Assembly: GCA_010405405.1 (NCBI GenBank)
Contig: MU004232.1
Span: 1,383,481 to 1,447,480 of the forward strand
Direction: 5' to 3'
DNA length: 64,000 nucleotides
From: Microthyrium microscopicum
Lineage: Eukaryota
The position numbers and the translations under genes are program-made. Position 1 is the stretch's first letter, and each line of letters opens with the position of its first letter. The notes under the pieces were generated by a model, which ran no database searches, was not told the DNA's origin, and saw only the letters and a list, made by a program, of their open reading frames with translations. Positions 26,910 to 39,103 of the stretch are shown here, piece after piece.

Positions 26910-29900
26910 ATGAGCGCAATGCCTACAGAATCGAAGGCATTCTACGTCAATCATATGTCGAAAGCAGTTGAACAAAAAGACGCTGCAGAACAAGATTTGG
27001 TAGGTGAAAGTTACTCGACAATGGATATGTGGAGAAAGGATGAAAATCCAGGTGAGTTAACTGCTACAATATTTGCCTATCACCCATCGTCATTGCACTT
27101 CCTTACTGGAGGTCATTCGAGTTAGTATGAAGTCAAAAGATTGTCGAGCTCCCTTCTATACTCTTGTACAGAACTTGAATCACTCGAGAAATCGTTAAAT
27201 GTGCACCTTCCTATACTAATTCTTACAAGTAGTTTCGGATCTCAGGGAGCATGTCAAGCGATTGGAAAGTCGCCTTGCAGGCCTCGAAAACGGGCACACC
27301 AGAAACGATTCTTTACACGAAACTGGCTACACTGACGCCGATGATGTTACCTCTGGCATGCACGGTGATGACACTTACCAGCCAAAGAATATGAAGTACT
27401 TACCAATCGTGCGTAAATGCAATTTCACCGAGTTCAAAAATCGGTTTACCAAAGAGGATGCCGCCTGTGCTGTAGACGTGCTCGAGTCTGGGCCACTTTT
27501 TGAGCAGGAGTTCTTGGAAGAACAGAAACTTCGAGACAGGCTATTTGAACATGGCAACAAAAAGGATGCTAAGTTGCAAAAGCAGAAAGCATCAGCCCTT
27601 GTCAAGGAGACAGACCGGAGCAGCAACGCTCTGCGCAACGATCAGTCTGGTCGCACTTGGATTCATCGTATCAGAATCCAGGCACCACCTCTTCTCAAGA
27701 TACTTGCGAGAGTGCAAAACGAGACATGGTCCAATCGCCCGCGCACTTATGATCGACCGTTTTGTACTCTCATGGCATTTCAGCCAAAGGTCAAAGAGGC
27801 GCTTGCCGAGTTGGAGGAGAAGTGGAGTACCCAGAGCGAAGGCCACACGGCTGACAGTCCCAAGAGCACTCTGACAGCCATGACTGGAGTCCATGAACGT
27901 GAAGCTGAGCAGGATAGCGACGACGACGATGAGGACAGCCTGCTCCTCGATGATAGCCAAGCGACTTTAGCTATTCTGCAGGCTTATACCAAATTTATCG
28001 ACACCGAGATCATCACAGAATCGCAAAGATTTGAGACGGTAAATTGCTCAACAGAAGAAAAGGATGACCATAACGTGAACGTTATATTCTCCGATCTTTG
28101 TTACCTTTTCAAGCCTGGAGACTACATTTACAGACCAGTTCAAGGCGATCAAGCCGGCCAGGGTTGTGACTACCGAATGGGGGAGAGACTCTGGAGAGTA
28201 TACTTTGTCAATGATGCAATCAGAAACTACAACTTTCTGCCCCCTGATCACAGGAGGTATTCGAATGAGGAACCCAGCGAGGACGATTCCACTCAGTTTA
28301 CTGTTCACGCATATCATATTGAATATACTGGCGAAGAGTTTTGCGTGGTGAGCAACACTTTTCGAATATCTCCATTTGAAAAGTTCAAGCCCATCAACTC
28401 ACTACCCATCTATCCAATTCGGTTCCTTCCTGGTCATGAGGAGTACATGGACAACGCGGAGAAGATTGGTGATCTGGTCCTTGACTCCATAGAGACGAAG
28501 CATGCCTTATATAATGCCTGGACTGTCATGCGAACGCCCAAAGGCGGCTATGTCACCGACGCTGAAGGTGCCATGATTAAGCACCCCGAATACATAAATA
28601 GCGAGATTATGGTGGATTTTGGAGAAGCCTTCCAAGCTTGTCCTTCCTGGAGACCAAAACGATCAGTCTTGAAGACCGAATTCACCAATAAGATCAACAT
28701 CGTTGACGATTTCCGCATCCGGTGGTGGTCAGGAAAAGATCGGCAAAAGCTGATACGAGAGACTCAGGAAATCATCCCGTACCGCACTGGAGTCCACCAT
28801 CTGAAGCGAAATCAATTTGTCCTGGAAGACCCTTTCCTGGTGGCTGTATCGCAGAATCATCACAGAGGCTTGCCAACTACGAAGAAATATCTCCGCCGCG
28901 AGGAGAAAATGCTTATTCACAATCGTGTCTTTGCTTATGTCTTTCGTGAGCGCAAGTTTGCTCAGCTGGATGTGACAAAATCGACATCATCGGCGCGAAA
29001 ATACGATGCTCTCGAAGCTCTCAAAATCCCTCAAGATGTAAAGGGTCTCATTCAAGGATCTGTTCGAGGACATTTTATGCTTAAAGAATCTGAAGGGGTT
29101 AATGGTGAGGAGCGCATGTCTCTGGATGTCATACAAGGCAAAGGGACTGGCCTCTTCATTCTTCTCCACGGAGTTCCTGGAGTTGGAAAGACAGCAACTG
29201 CAGAGGCAATCGCGCAGGCAAATGGTAAGCCATTGTTCAAGATTACCTGCGGCGATATTGGCCTCACGCCAGAGCAAGTCGAAACAAATCTTCGGGCCAT
29301 CTTCAGGTTGGCAAGTATCTGGGACTGCATTTTGCTGTTGGACGAAGTCGATACATTCTTCTCCCAGCGATCTAGAGGAGATTCTTCAATTACGAAGAAT
29401 GCGCTGGTGTCAGGTCAGTCAAATTACAGGCAAAGCATGTCCAAATGCTAACGTTAGACTTAGTGTTTCTCCGGGTTTTGGATTACTACACCGGCATCCT
29501 GTTTCTGACCACCAATCGACCAGGAGCCCTTGATGAGGCTTTTAAATCCCGAATTCATGCCCAAATTTACTATCCTCCACTGAGCAAGCGTCAAACCCTC
29601 GACATATGGCAGCTCAACATCAAAAGACTCCGTCAAATCGGCGTCCAGATCAAAGACAGCAAGGAACAGCGACCTCTCCTGATTCCCGAAGAAGCGATCC
29701 TAAGCTTTGCTGACATCCAATTCGAAAAGGGAAAGCTCCGCAAAGCCGGCGCCTGGAATGGCCGCCAAATCCGCAACGCTTTCCAAATGGCCCGCAGCCT
29801 CGCCTACTTTGACGCTTCCAAGGACGATCCTTCAGCGCCAGCATCTCTTGACATCCGCTACTTTGAGATGATGCACGAGATTACAGAGTCCTTTGACAGA

Positions 29901-30413
29901 TATATGCTTGAAGTCTACTCTGGCCAGTCTGCTGGCACGCTTGCCCTTGAGATGGAGGATCGCGCGGACCACTTTACACAGCGTACGGTGCGTTTGCGCG
30001 AGACTGATGGTGATGAACACTATCACAGCTACAGTGGTGGCGGCACAGGGTCACCATTTGCGGGTTTGGGAGGGCGACAGGATCATGGAGACCGTAAGCA
30101 GAGTGCTAACTATATGGGAAGGGCGTCCGTTGGCGGTGGGCGCTATGGGATTGGATCATTTGGCCCTTCGGTCACTGCCGGGTATGATGATCAAGTAGTT
30201 GGGGAGAAGAGTCCAGCGCTGGCACAAATGGGTGAGGGACCGCCCGGCGAGTTCAAGACGGGCTCGCCTTTTGAGGTTGAACACTCAGGGGCGAGACGTA
30301 GTTCGAGTTTTGGACGAAATGGAGGATATGGAATGGGCAGAGAGCGCCACTTTGAAGGAGAGTCAAATTACCGAATGGAGAGGAACGACTACGGGAAAAG
30401 GGAACGGACATAG
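26910..30413 (+). CDS. Large fungal AAA+ ATPase with long N-terminal region (DUF7025-type architecture)
   Basis: Walker A LHGVPGVGKT, Walker B LLLDEVD, sensor LFLTTNR, DEAFKSRIH, WNGRQIRNAFQ. Introns ~27052-27229 and 29414-29463. Exact start ATG uncertain (26910-27028). Confidence 0.92.
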
Positions 30414-30488
30414 ATAATTTGCAAGGGCGCAGACGCTGCTCGCTGAGTCAATCGTGCATAGCCCCCGCTCGCAAAGCGTAGTCTGAAA

Positions 30489-31460
30489 TCACCACTGGGA
30501 GCCTCCTTGCTGAAATACTGTCAGTATCACTACAATAGTTCCGTCTCCTTTCAAGAAACTTACCCAGGTACGGTTGCCATTTATGTCGATATCCCAGTGT
30601 CCCATAGATCTTTTATAGATATCCTCGTATTGTTTAGCCTCTGCAACAGCGTTTTGGTATTCTATCTGATCCAGGTTCGAAGGGATATTGCCCGTTTTAC
30701 GTGAAGAGTCCAGCCTGGCATTTGCCTCGTCAATAATGGCGGTACAGCTTGCACCCCATTCCTTGTTACTCTCCTCTCCTATCAACGCAGCGCGAGCACT
30801 TGGTTCTCTGGGAAAGCAGCTGCGAGGTATGATCTTTTCAAAGAACGGCCCAAAGTAAATAGGGTGTACTAAAGCGGGAACATCGCGCAAGACGCAATTC
30901 AAGCGAGACCACATTTCATCCGGATCCTCGCGAATGATGATCTTGAGCCAACTGTGAACGATGTTACGCTGTGTTAGAGGCAGTGAATTTCGATCTTCAC
31001 TGCCTGGTCTGTCAGCCATTGTGACTGGGTAGCTCCACGCCTTGTAGTATGCAGTAAAGATCTTGTCGAAAAAGCCTACGCCAAATTTGTGGATCATTTC
31101 AGGACGTCCCCATCTCAACCCGTCGATTTGTAGCATGTCACCAGCTATCATGGCGAAGGCTTCAGGCATGATATAGGCGTAGGCTCTATCTATATTGTGA
31201 AAGCTGGGTGGCCGAGTGACGGTCATGGCCGTAGCCACGTCGCACATGGCAACAACCAAGGCAGAAAATTGTGGATTGATAGCATTGTCGAGGATTATGG
31301 AAGTACCCTAGTATTCTTTTTCTTTAGTAGCCTCGGAGTAATTCGCAGGCAGCGCTGTACAGGTGTAAAAATCTGTGCTGATCGAGATAAATAGAGACTC
31401 ACTGAAGGTATCTACTGCAGGATTGGGGTGGGATGCAACGTTATCGGCATTGTGTGCCAT
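30489..31460 (-). CDS. Hypothetical protein; possible premature stop near the 5' end
   Basis: 256-codon ORF 30489-31259 with probable in-frame intron ~30510-30563. Upstream exon (ATG 31460, intron 31355-31402) joins the same frame but meets TAG at 31308-31310. Confidence 0.55.
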
Positions 31461-32182
31461 ACCTATTACTATTGCAATTTCGGCTTTAGAGGCACTGGAA
31501 CTGGGTCAATCAGTATTCTGATGTTGAGGAGCTCGGAGAGGATCCGCTGATGTTCGATGGAGCCAACACGCGAGAAGTCAGCCCCTAACCCAACGGCGCT
31601 AGGCTTATTTAGGACTTCGCGATAATTGGCATGGTGGCGCGAATGCACCTGCCTTACAAGTCAATATGCTTTTCTGTTGGACACAATTTCCCAAGAAGCT
31701 TGATTGTTCATCAAGATAGGCAATGTAAGCATCTTTTGAGCAAATCATATGAAGGCAAAGAGAATAAACTCATTCTGGCCGCTTATTCGATGGTTTCTAA
31801 GCTACCTGACTGAATCTACGAAGTACAACTCTGGAGGAAGAGAATATCAGAATTTGGATTCTTTTGATAATGCCTACCATTCACCGTGACTGCTAAATTG
31901 GATTTTAGAACTGGAACAGTATTTACTGACTAGGTATAAGGCTTCAGCCTTACGAGGCGATGAACCAATGATAGATGAATCCAAAAGGGTGGGAAATGTG
32001 GGGCACACTAGGCAACTAGGATGACATCGTCTACATTCTTGGGCTCAACTTCTTAGGTACTCCCATGCTTCACTCTTCACTCACTCACAACTTACAACGC
32101 CTAGATAACTTCTTACTTTCAAAACTCTACATCGACTGCCACATCATCCGCCACACACTCCATTACACCGAACGTTCCCATC

Positions 32183-33338
32183 ATGTCTCCAAATCCTCTC
32201 AGCGCCGAGGCCATTACGCCAGCCATGGCATCAAGCCTGCCCAAAGGCTCACAGATCAAATCATCCTACGAGGCGATCGCTCTGGCTGTTCATGCCTGCA
32301 TGCTAGCCGTTGGCTTTAGACTCGTCGGTCTCGGCGAAGACGATAATCTAGGTAAGCTCTCCAGGCCTACGTTCTCAACCCAAGCTAATCATCACAGAAT
32401 CATCATCTTCAGAATCCCCCGAGCTCCCAGCCAACTGGAACAGCAACAGCACCATCGCCTTCCGCTACGCCCACGACCAATCAGCCATGCAATTCATCGT
32501 CAAAATCGGCCGCCTCGGATCCTCCGCCACAATCGACGCCGTCGCACTAGGCGACAACCGCCGCACAACCTTCGACATCCCCGTACAAGACTACATATCC
32601 CAATCCGCTCTCCCATTCACCCTCACCAACGCCGACGACACATCCGCCCTACGCGACGTCTTTATCTCGCCCGCACGCCTCTCCGACCTAGCAGCCCTCG
32701 TCAAAACCCACATCCTCCAAAAGATCGCACCAGGAATCCACAAACCCGGCTACGAAGAATCACCCTCCACATCCAACCAACCGGCCTCAAACCGCGATCC
32801 ACCCACCCAGTCCACAAACCCACCACAAGCCCAACCACACCCCTACGGCTCGCCTTTCCCAAACTACCCCTCTGAACCTTCACGCCCACCACGCGTGCCG
32901 GCCGCCGGCGAAATCCCACCAGGTTTCGATGACGAACTCGACATTTTGCGCGCACCGGGCCGCGGGAACCACGGACCGCCATCGTTCGGCAACATTGGGC
33001 GGGATGATTTATACCCACCAGGTCTAGGACCCAACGATCCATTGAGGCCATCCTTTTCACCACCGAGTTTGGGAGGCCCGGGTGGCTCGGGACATGCGGG
33101 CATGTTTCCGAGTCCGGACGATATTCTGTATGGACCGGGGCATGGTGGACAGGGACAGATGGATCCAAGAGCACCGCCCGGTGCGCGGTATGATCCGACG
33201 TTTCCTGGAGATCCTACGGGGCGGGGACGGGGACCTGGTGAGTTCGGTGGGCCTGGTGGGTTTGGTGGACCGGGTGGACCGCCTGGATTTGGCGGGTCGG
33301 GAGGGTTTGGTGGTTTTGGGGGAGGAGATTTCATTTGA
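32183..33338 (+). CDS. PI31 proteasome regulator (PSMF1/Fub1 family)
   Basis: N-terminal [24 protein letters not shown]; intron 32352-32397; Pro/Gly-rich tail with [26 protein letters not shown] and HbYX-like end DFI. Confidence 0.93.
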
Positions 33339-33364
33339 AGAGGCGGAGAGGTGGAGAGCATAGC

Positions 33365-33448
33365 GAATGAGAATGAGAATGAGAATGAGAATGAGAATGA
33401 GAATGAGAATGAGAATGAGAATGAGAATGAGAATGAGAATGAGAATGA
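33365..33448 (+). repeat. (GAATGA)14 hexanucleotide microsatellite just downstream of the PI31 stop
   Basis: 14 perfect tandem copies read directly. Confidence 0.98.
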
Positions 33449-34028
33449 GCGATGATAGGTGCAATAATGGGTGGTTATATCACATAATGTACGATATCAG
33501 GAAGTTATGAACAAGAGATTGTAACAAAGATTCTTTGGTGTACCAGTAAATGCGCCGACTGAATGGATAGCTTTCATGAACTACAACAAATGCTATGACA
33601 ATGATTCCGTAATTGAGGCTCTAAACTCCCTGGAGAACGTTAAATTTCGGCTAGAATTCCAGATACGACGGAAACGAAGCAGTCACTCTGCAAGAAGTAT
33701 ATAGTAAACATCATTGATGATGGGAAACTTTACTCAGACGGGAGAAAGTGAATTATCATGACAAATCTAAGCATTTTAGACTTCAAAACCACCTAACCAT
33801 AGCTAAATAGCATTAATGCCCCGAGAAAATGCATTTATCAGGCAAATAACGAGATTAAAGATATTATTGTACAACAACTGACCGAGTTTGGCATCATAAG
33901 TGATACTCAGGACGCCACTGCCCGTCTTGGGAGTTATGCTGGTCCTCGAAATTATGACCATAATGGACATTCGCGTGCTCGTAAGATGGTTGGAGCTGCT
34001 GATCTGGGTAGTGACCGATTGCCTGTTG

Positions 34029-35556
34029 CTAACCGGCAGTCGTGTCCATCCCTAATTCAGCATCAATCGCTTGCAGTTGCGCTATCAGGCGCTCGCGCTC
34101 GAGGAGTCGAGCTTGCCGCCGGGCACGCTCGTCTGCTTCGCTGCGTAGACTTGGATCGAGTGCTGGGTCTACTGCATTGCGCGCATTCTCGACGGCTGCT
34201 TCGGCTGCTTCAGCGGTAGCGGGAGATGGGCGACGCTCGTGGCCATTTGTTTGAGCGCCGGAGGTTGTGCCGTTGGCTTCAGAATGGGTGCGCTTGCGAC
34301 CAGGTTGGAGAGAAGGTGAGGCGTCGAAGCGTGTGGGAGAAGAGCGGAAGTTGGTAAAGTCTACTGGTGGTGGTGGGAGGGTTCGGGATTGTGGGATGGA
34401 TCCAGGTGAGCTTAGACCGTTGAGTCCTTCTTGGTGGGCTAGTTGTTGTTGGAGAGCGCCTGGATTTGGTGAATGAGAGGCTGGAATGACCCGTTTGCGG
34501 CGTTTTATTTCGCCCTTTTTCATGTCCAATGGTCGATGTCGTCCATGGAGTTTGAAGTATAGACCTGAATACATTAGTACAGTCACATCTTAGGTGATTT
34601 GAATATTACTTACCACATGCATTGCATATGGTGTGACCCTCATCATCTCTTCGCCATAATGGAGTGATCATGGTCCCACAGTTCTGACATGCTGGCATAC
34701 CGGCACCATGCGGAGTTACTGGATAATGCATCTGACTTGTAGGTTGTTGCATGACAGCACTAGCCTCTTGCGCAGCAGCAGCAGCGGCTTGTTGTGTTTT
34801 TGCCATACGATTATTGTATGCCGGGCAGCCATCGCAACCTGCATGCCCACCAGTACCATTACATCGACCATCACCGGGACAGCTTCCCGAGTTTGTAATC
34901 TCTGGAGCAGTGTATCCAGGTGATGGATTATTTGTCGGGGAGTTTTCATCCCCATTTGCGCCAGTTGTTCCTCGCTTTAAGTTTGTTGGTCGAGCTTGAT
35001 TCCGTGCTTTTTGATATAGACCGCATGCATTGCAGATGGTTTCTCCTAGAGGCGAACGACGCCATAACGGTGTACGATTAGTTCCACAATTTGTGCAGGT
35101 CTGCCCAGCTGCTGACGGGGCTCGAGGAGAAGGATTTGTTAAGCGAGGTGATGGATCGGGTTGTTGAGCTAAAGATGGAGAGGCGGCCATTATTTGTTGG
35201 AGCGCATTATGATGTGATGATGCAGAAGATGCGGGGGAATGTGGTGCTGGCGCAGGCTGTACAGCTGTGTCGAGGTTGGAAGTTGTATTTATGCTTGGGG
35301 TAACAGTAGTGGTATGATACGGGTGAGGTTGCTCTGTCGCAGTACTCGTTGACAAAGGGTAGGCCGAGGAATCGGGATTAGATGCAGCAGCAGACGCGCT
35401 GGATGAGGATCGCTTGGCATCGGAAAGCATCTTCAAGTTGGCAGCAGACTCTAGATCTTCTTTGCTATGTTGTGTCATGGGCGACATTTGTGGCGGTTCA
35501 GCATGTCGAAGAGGAAGCTTGCCTTCAGATGGCGAATATGTGGCTGAAGTGGTCAT
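34029..35556 (-). CDS. sreA: GATA-type iron/siderophore repressor (SreA/SRE/Urbs1 family)
   Basis: Two C-x2-C-x17-C-x2-C fingers (CTNC..TPLWRR..CNAC; CQNC..TPLWRR..CNAC/GLYFKLHG) flanking the Cys-rich CPGDGRCNGTGG..CDGCPAYNNR motif. Intron ~34566-34612; C-terminal coiled coil. Confidence 0.95.
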
Positions 35557-35794
35557 GATGATGGCAGCGACAGCTTAGTGTTATAGAACCATGCGGGGCG
35601 AGGATATAAGGTGAGCGAGGAGTATGGGGAGGATGCGATGTAGCGATGCAAAGCTGCGGTGTGTGGTGGTTGATAGCGAAGTAGGCGAGGTAGTAGGCAA
35701 CAGGGGTGTGATGGGAGGGGGTCGTTTTGCAGGACTTTAGCACCAGACAAGTCCAAAGACGCGGGAAAGATGGAGGCGCTGATTAAAGTTGATT

Positions 35795-36174
35795 GATCTG
35801 ATAAGTGAGGAATGGGTTGTTGATGGATAATGCGGCGAGATATAGAGAGAGCTGGAAGGTGGTGGATGGAGAGACAGTAAGAGTCAAGCAGGTGGAAGGG
35901 TGCAGTCGCAGTGCAGGTGAATGGTGGAGGCTGTCGAGGTGGCTGTTCTGGAAATGCTGACATAAAGATTAACTCTGATTGGCTAAGTCGGAGCTGGCGG
36001 TTGATGCGGAGAGCTGGCTGTTAGCTTGAACTAGCCGTTAACAACACAAGAGCTGCAGTAGTTTGACGTCGAATTGGTGGATATATCTCAGGTGCATATT
36101 CATCGAGAACTACTCTGAGCTTTTGGTGTTTTGGCCAACTTGGTGTGGTATATCTTAAGCCCTCAATCAGATAA
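35795..36174. promoter_or_regulatory. Two RATCWGATAA SreA-type GATA sites upstream of sreA
   Basis: GATCTGATAA at 35795-35804 and AATCAGATAA at 36165-36174. Confidence 0.6.
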
Positions 36175-37352
36175 GAATCTATGAATGAGCGTCTGCAAAT
36201 GTCAACCACCACCCAGTCCAGCGAGTTGCTCCTTCTAGTATGAACGGATATCTATAAAAGAAAGTCACCACCATAGCGCATACCCCATATCCGTTCCTGA
36301 ATAGATCTAACCATCCAATATCAACTCCGACCAATGCGTCCAAGCTTCCTCCAAAAGCCTACGTCCACCAGGTACAAAATATATATTCTCCCCGCCGCTT
36401 ATTTTGGAGAGATCTGGGTCAATGTCCCAGAGATAATCATTATAGCCCTATCAGATCAACAACCTGGTTGACCGCCAAAGTGCTACCATAGATCCCACTA
36501 TCAATCAGAAATCTATCTACATCAGTTACTCCACGAACGCGTCATCCCGTTAATCCAGACTCGTCACCTCTAATTCCGCGCAAGTAGCAACCATATCAAT
36601 GTTAAATTGACTATTCGTGGCCCAAATCACGCAAATTACATGTGTCTTGCAACTTCGCTGTATGGGTACATACCGCTACTACAGGACGTGTTTGGAGAAG
36701 CATAATGATAATTCTATGTCTCTATGCAAATCATAATTCAACCTATAACATTTGTAGTCGAATCATATAGGTTCGCCGTAGCCATACAACTATTGAAGTA
36801 TCCCATACCATAGGCAGATAAATGTCAAATGCGCAGAACCCAGATTGTTCCTCATAAATTCCTCTAGCATTCGCGGCTCCAAGACCGAATAAATTGGAAA
36901 ACATCCTGCCAAGACCTTCACTCCCATGGCCCTACGTCTTCATCAAGATTGCGTGGCCTCCTCAAAACCACCAACACCAGCCCGACACCGCGTAAACATT
37001 GAATTGCAGTAACAAGAGCGGCAGCTCATTGCCCAAAGAGAGTAGAAAGCCAATCACGTCAACTGATATTGAAACGGTTCGCTGTCCCTAAAAGCCATAT
37101 GACTTTACACAAAAAATATAATCGTCTCTACAAAGACATACTGAACCAGACCCGAAAGTTCCCTTCCCAAGTCTATTTACCTCCCAAAAACACCACCCAG
37201 CTTCAGTGCGATCGAACCTAGGCCCGTGATTATCAAAAAAGAACTGTGCTATACAATCTCCCGCCCTGGCCTATGCGCTTTCTGCACTACTACCCCATGT
37301 ACTCGAACACTCTTTTCTGCTACTGATGATATTCGGCGATGAAGGTAACTGC

Positions 37353-38163
37353 TTATACCTGCTCTTGTCCCCATCCTGCGTCCGCATCCCTACATGTCAT
37401 TAGCTTTTGTCATATTGACCCATTTTTGTGTAAGTATGTATTTACCGCATGTTGGCTGGTGGTTCAATGGACGGCACGAATTCGAGAACTATGTATGCGA
37501 TGCCGACGAACATGACGAGACTGCCTGGTACCCATCGATACCAGTGTTCTTCGACGATCAATGCGCCTACGAAGAAATAGACTATGTGTTTGTTAGTAAA
37601 TGCTTCGGGGATTGCGTTTATGGCTGTGAGTTTATGGGGCTATATGGGTGACGTACAGAGACCGCGGCCGAGGAAGGAGAACATGAAGGACGCATAGCGC
37701 GAGACTTGTGGTGGAATCTGGAACTCGAGAAGACCGGTAGCTGGAGACTTGTTAGCTGGCTTGTTATAAGGGATGGAGATTCATGGTACGAACCAGCTCC
37801 GAAGATGATTAAGTAGACGCCGATGGTGATGTTATGTCTGTTGTTGCGCATTAGTATCGAGTTGTCAAAACTTGCGCATCGAGTCTCGAGTGCCTGCTCG
37901 CATAGCCTTCTCTGCCAAATTCAACCAGCTGTACTTGGAGTAGCTGATAGATACCAGCAGAAAAGGCGCGCGATACAGCATCTCAAAGCTCGATGCGCCC
38001 AGCCGTGAGCAACTTACGGTCCAAAACCGCCAATAAACTGCGTTATACCACCCAACAGCATAAACACACCCGTCACCAAATTAACAATCCGACTAAATAC
38101 ACCATTAGCACTACCCTCTACTCAAACTGCCAAACCAACGTACAAGATCTCCGTAAAGTCCAT
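37353..38163 (-). CDS. TVP15: Golgi membrane protein, COPI-associated (Tvp15 family)
   Basis: Multi-exon model MDFTEIF/RIVNLVTGVFMLLGGITQF..NITIGVYLIIFG..EFQIPPQVSRYASFMFSFLGRG..LEFVPSIEPPANM/RDADAGWGQEQV*. Confidence 0.92.
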
Positions 38164-38184
38164 GATTTCTGTCGAGCTCCGATA

Positions 38185-38226
38185 GCTTGCCTTGCTTGCC
38201 TTGCTTGCCTTGCTTGTCTAGCTTGT
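38185..38226 (+). repeat. 9-bp tandem repeat (GCTTGCCTT), about 4 copies, just upstream of the TVP15 ATG
   Basis: Read directly; the last copies are degenerate. Confidence 0.85.
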
Positions 38227-39103
38227 ATGGTCCCGATGACGTGTATTCTAAACCGACGAGTTGCAAAACCACAAACTGTAGCGCGATGACGAGGTACGAT
38301 GAAGAACGGTTCGATGTTGGAGAAAGGTTGATGGATGCCTGAAAATGTCGAAATGTTGTTGGGATTTAGCAAAAGGGGATGCCTACGGGAAAGCAGGCAA
38401 GCTTGTGATGTCGTTTTGGCTGGGATTGGTGAGAGGAAAAGTGGCCAATTGGATGGGGAGGTTGGAGCTTGGGATTTCGAGAAAGCTTGGCTGGACGGCG
38501 CCTGGTCAGTGTGGCTCCAAGGGTTAGGTCTTGTCCGTTTTTTGGATGCTTGATGTTGGTTTGGTATAGCTTGGGTATCAGGTCTCCGTACATGGAACTT
38601 GATATTGAATTTTTCTGTTGCGATTTTGCGTATTGGAGCCTACTTCCGGCTTTGAAGCACTTTGAAAACCATTAACTTGTGTGGTTGGTGGACAAAGAAA
38701 GCTATGGCTTGTACTCCTTGCTTCGTGCCTTTGTACACAAAGGTATTCACAACAACAAAGGACAATAGTGGTAACTTTGAAATGATCTCGACAAAGATAT
38801 TCACTATATGATATGTAAGTTAGAATGATAGAAATGCTGCTATTATATCTATTTGGAAATCCATCCTTCACGGGGCTTCCCATTAAAATTACATCTAGTA
38901 TGTACACAAAAAACCCGTCATGCCCGTCGTGCTTTTTACTTTCGCTTGCTGTATGCTTTTGAGATGACAAACAAAAAAAACAAAAAGTTAAACGCCGTCA
39001 ACTTTTCTAATATATGAATGAGTATTATATCGTCCTAAAATGGTGTCCTTGCGCGTTTAGTCAATGCTTGTTTTGCCAGTATGCTGATATGCTGGTGAAT
39101 GCT

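Noticed and set aside
31583..31591. CCCTAACCC, resembling a telomerase RNA template
   Set aside because: A 9-mer of this kind is expected by chance in 64 kb and I saw no supporting pseudoknot or other TER element.
33057..33464. Minus-strand ORF with an (IL)n run
   Set aside because: Translation of the (GAATGA)n microsatellite, antisense to PI31.
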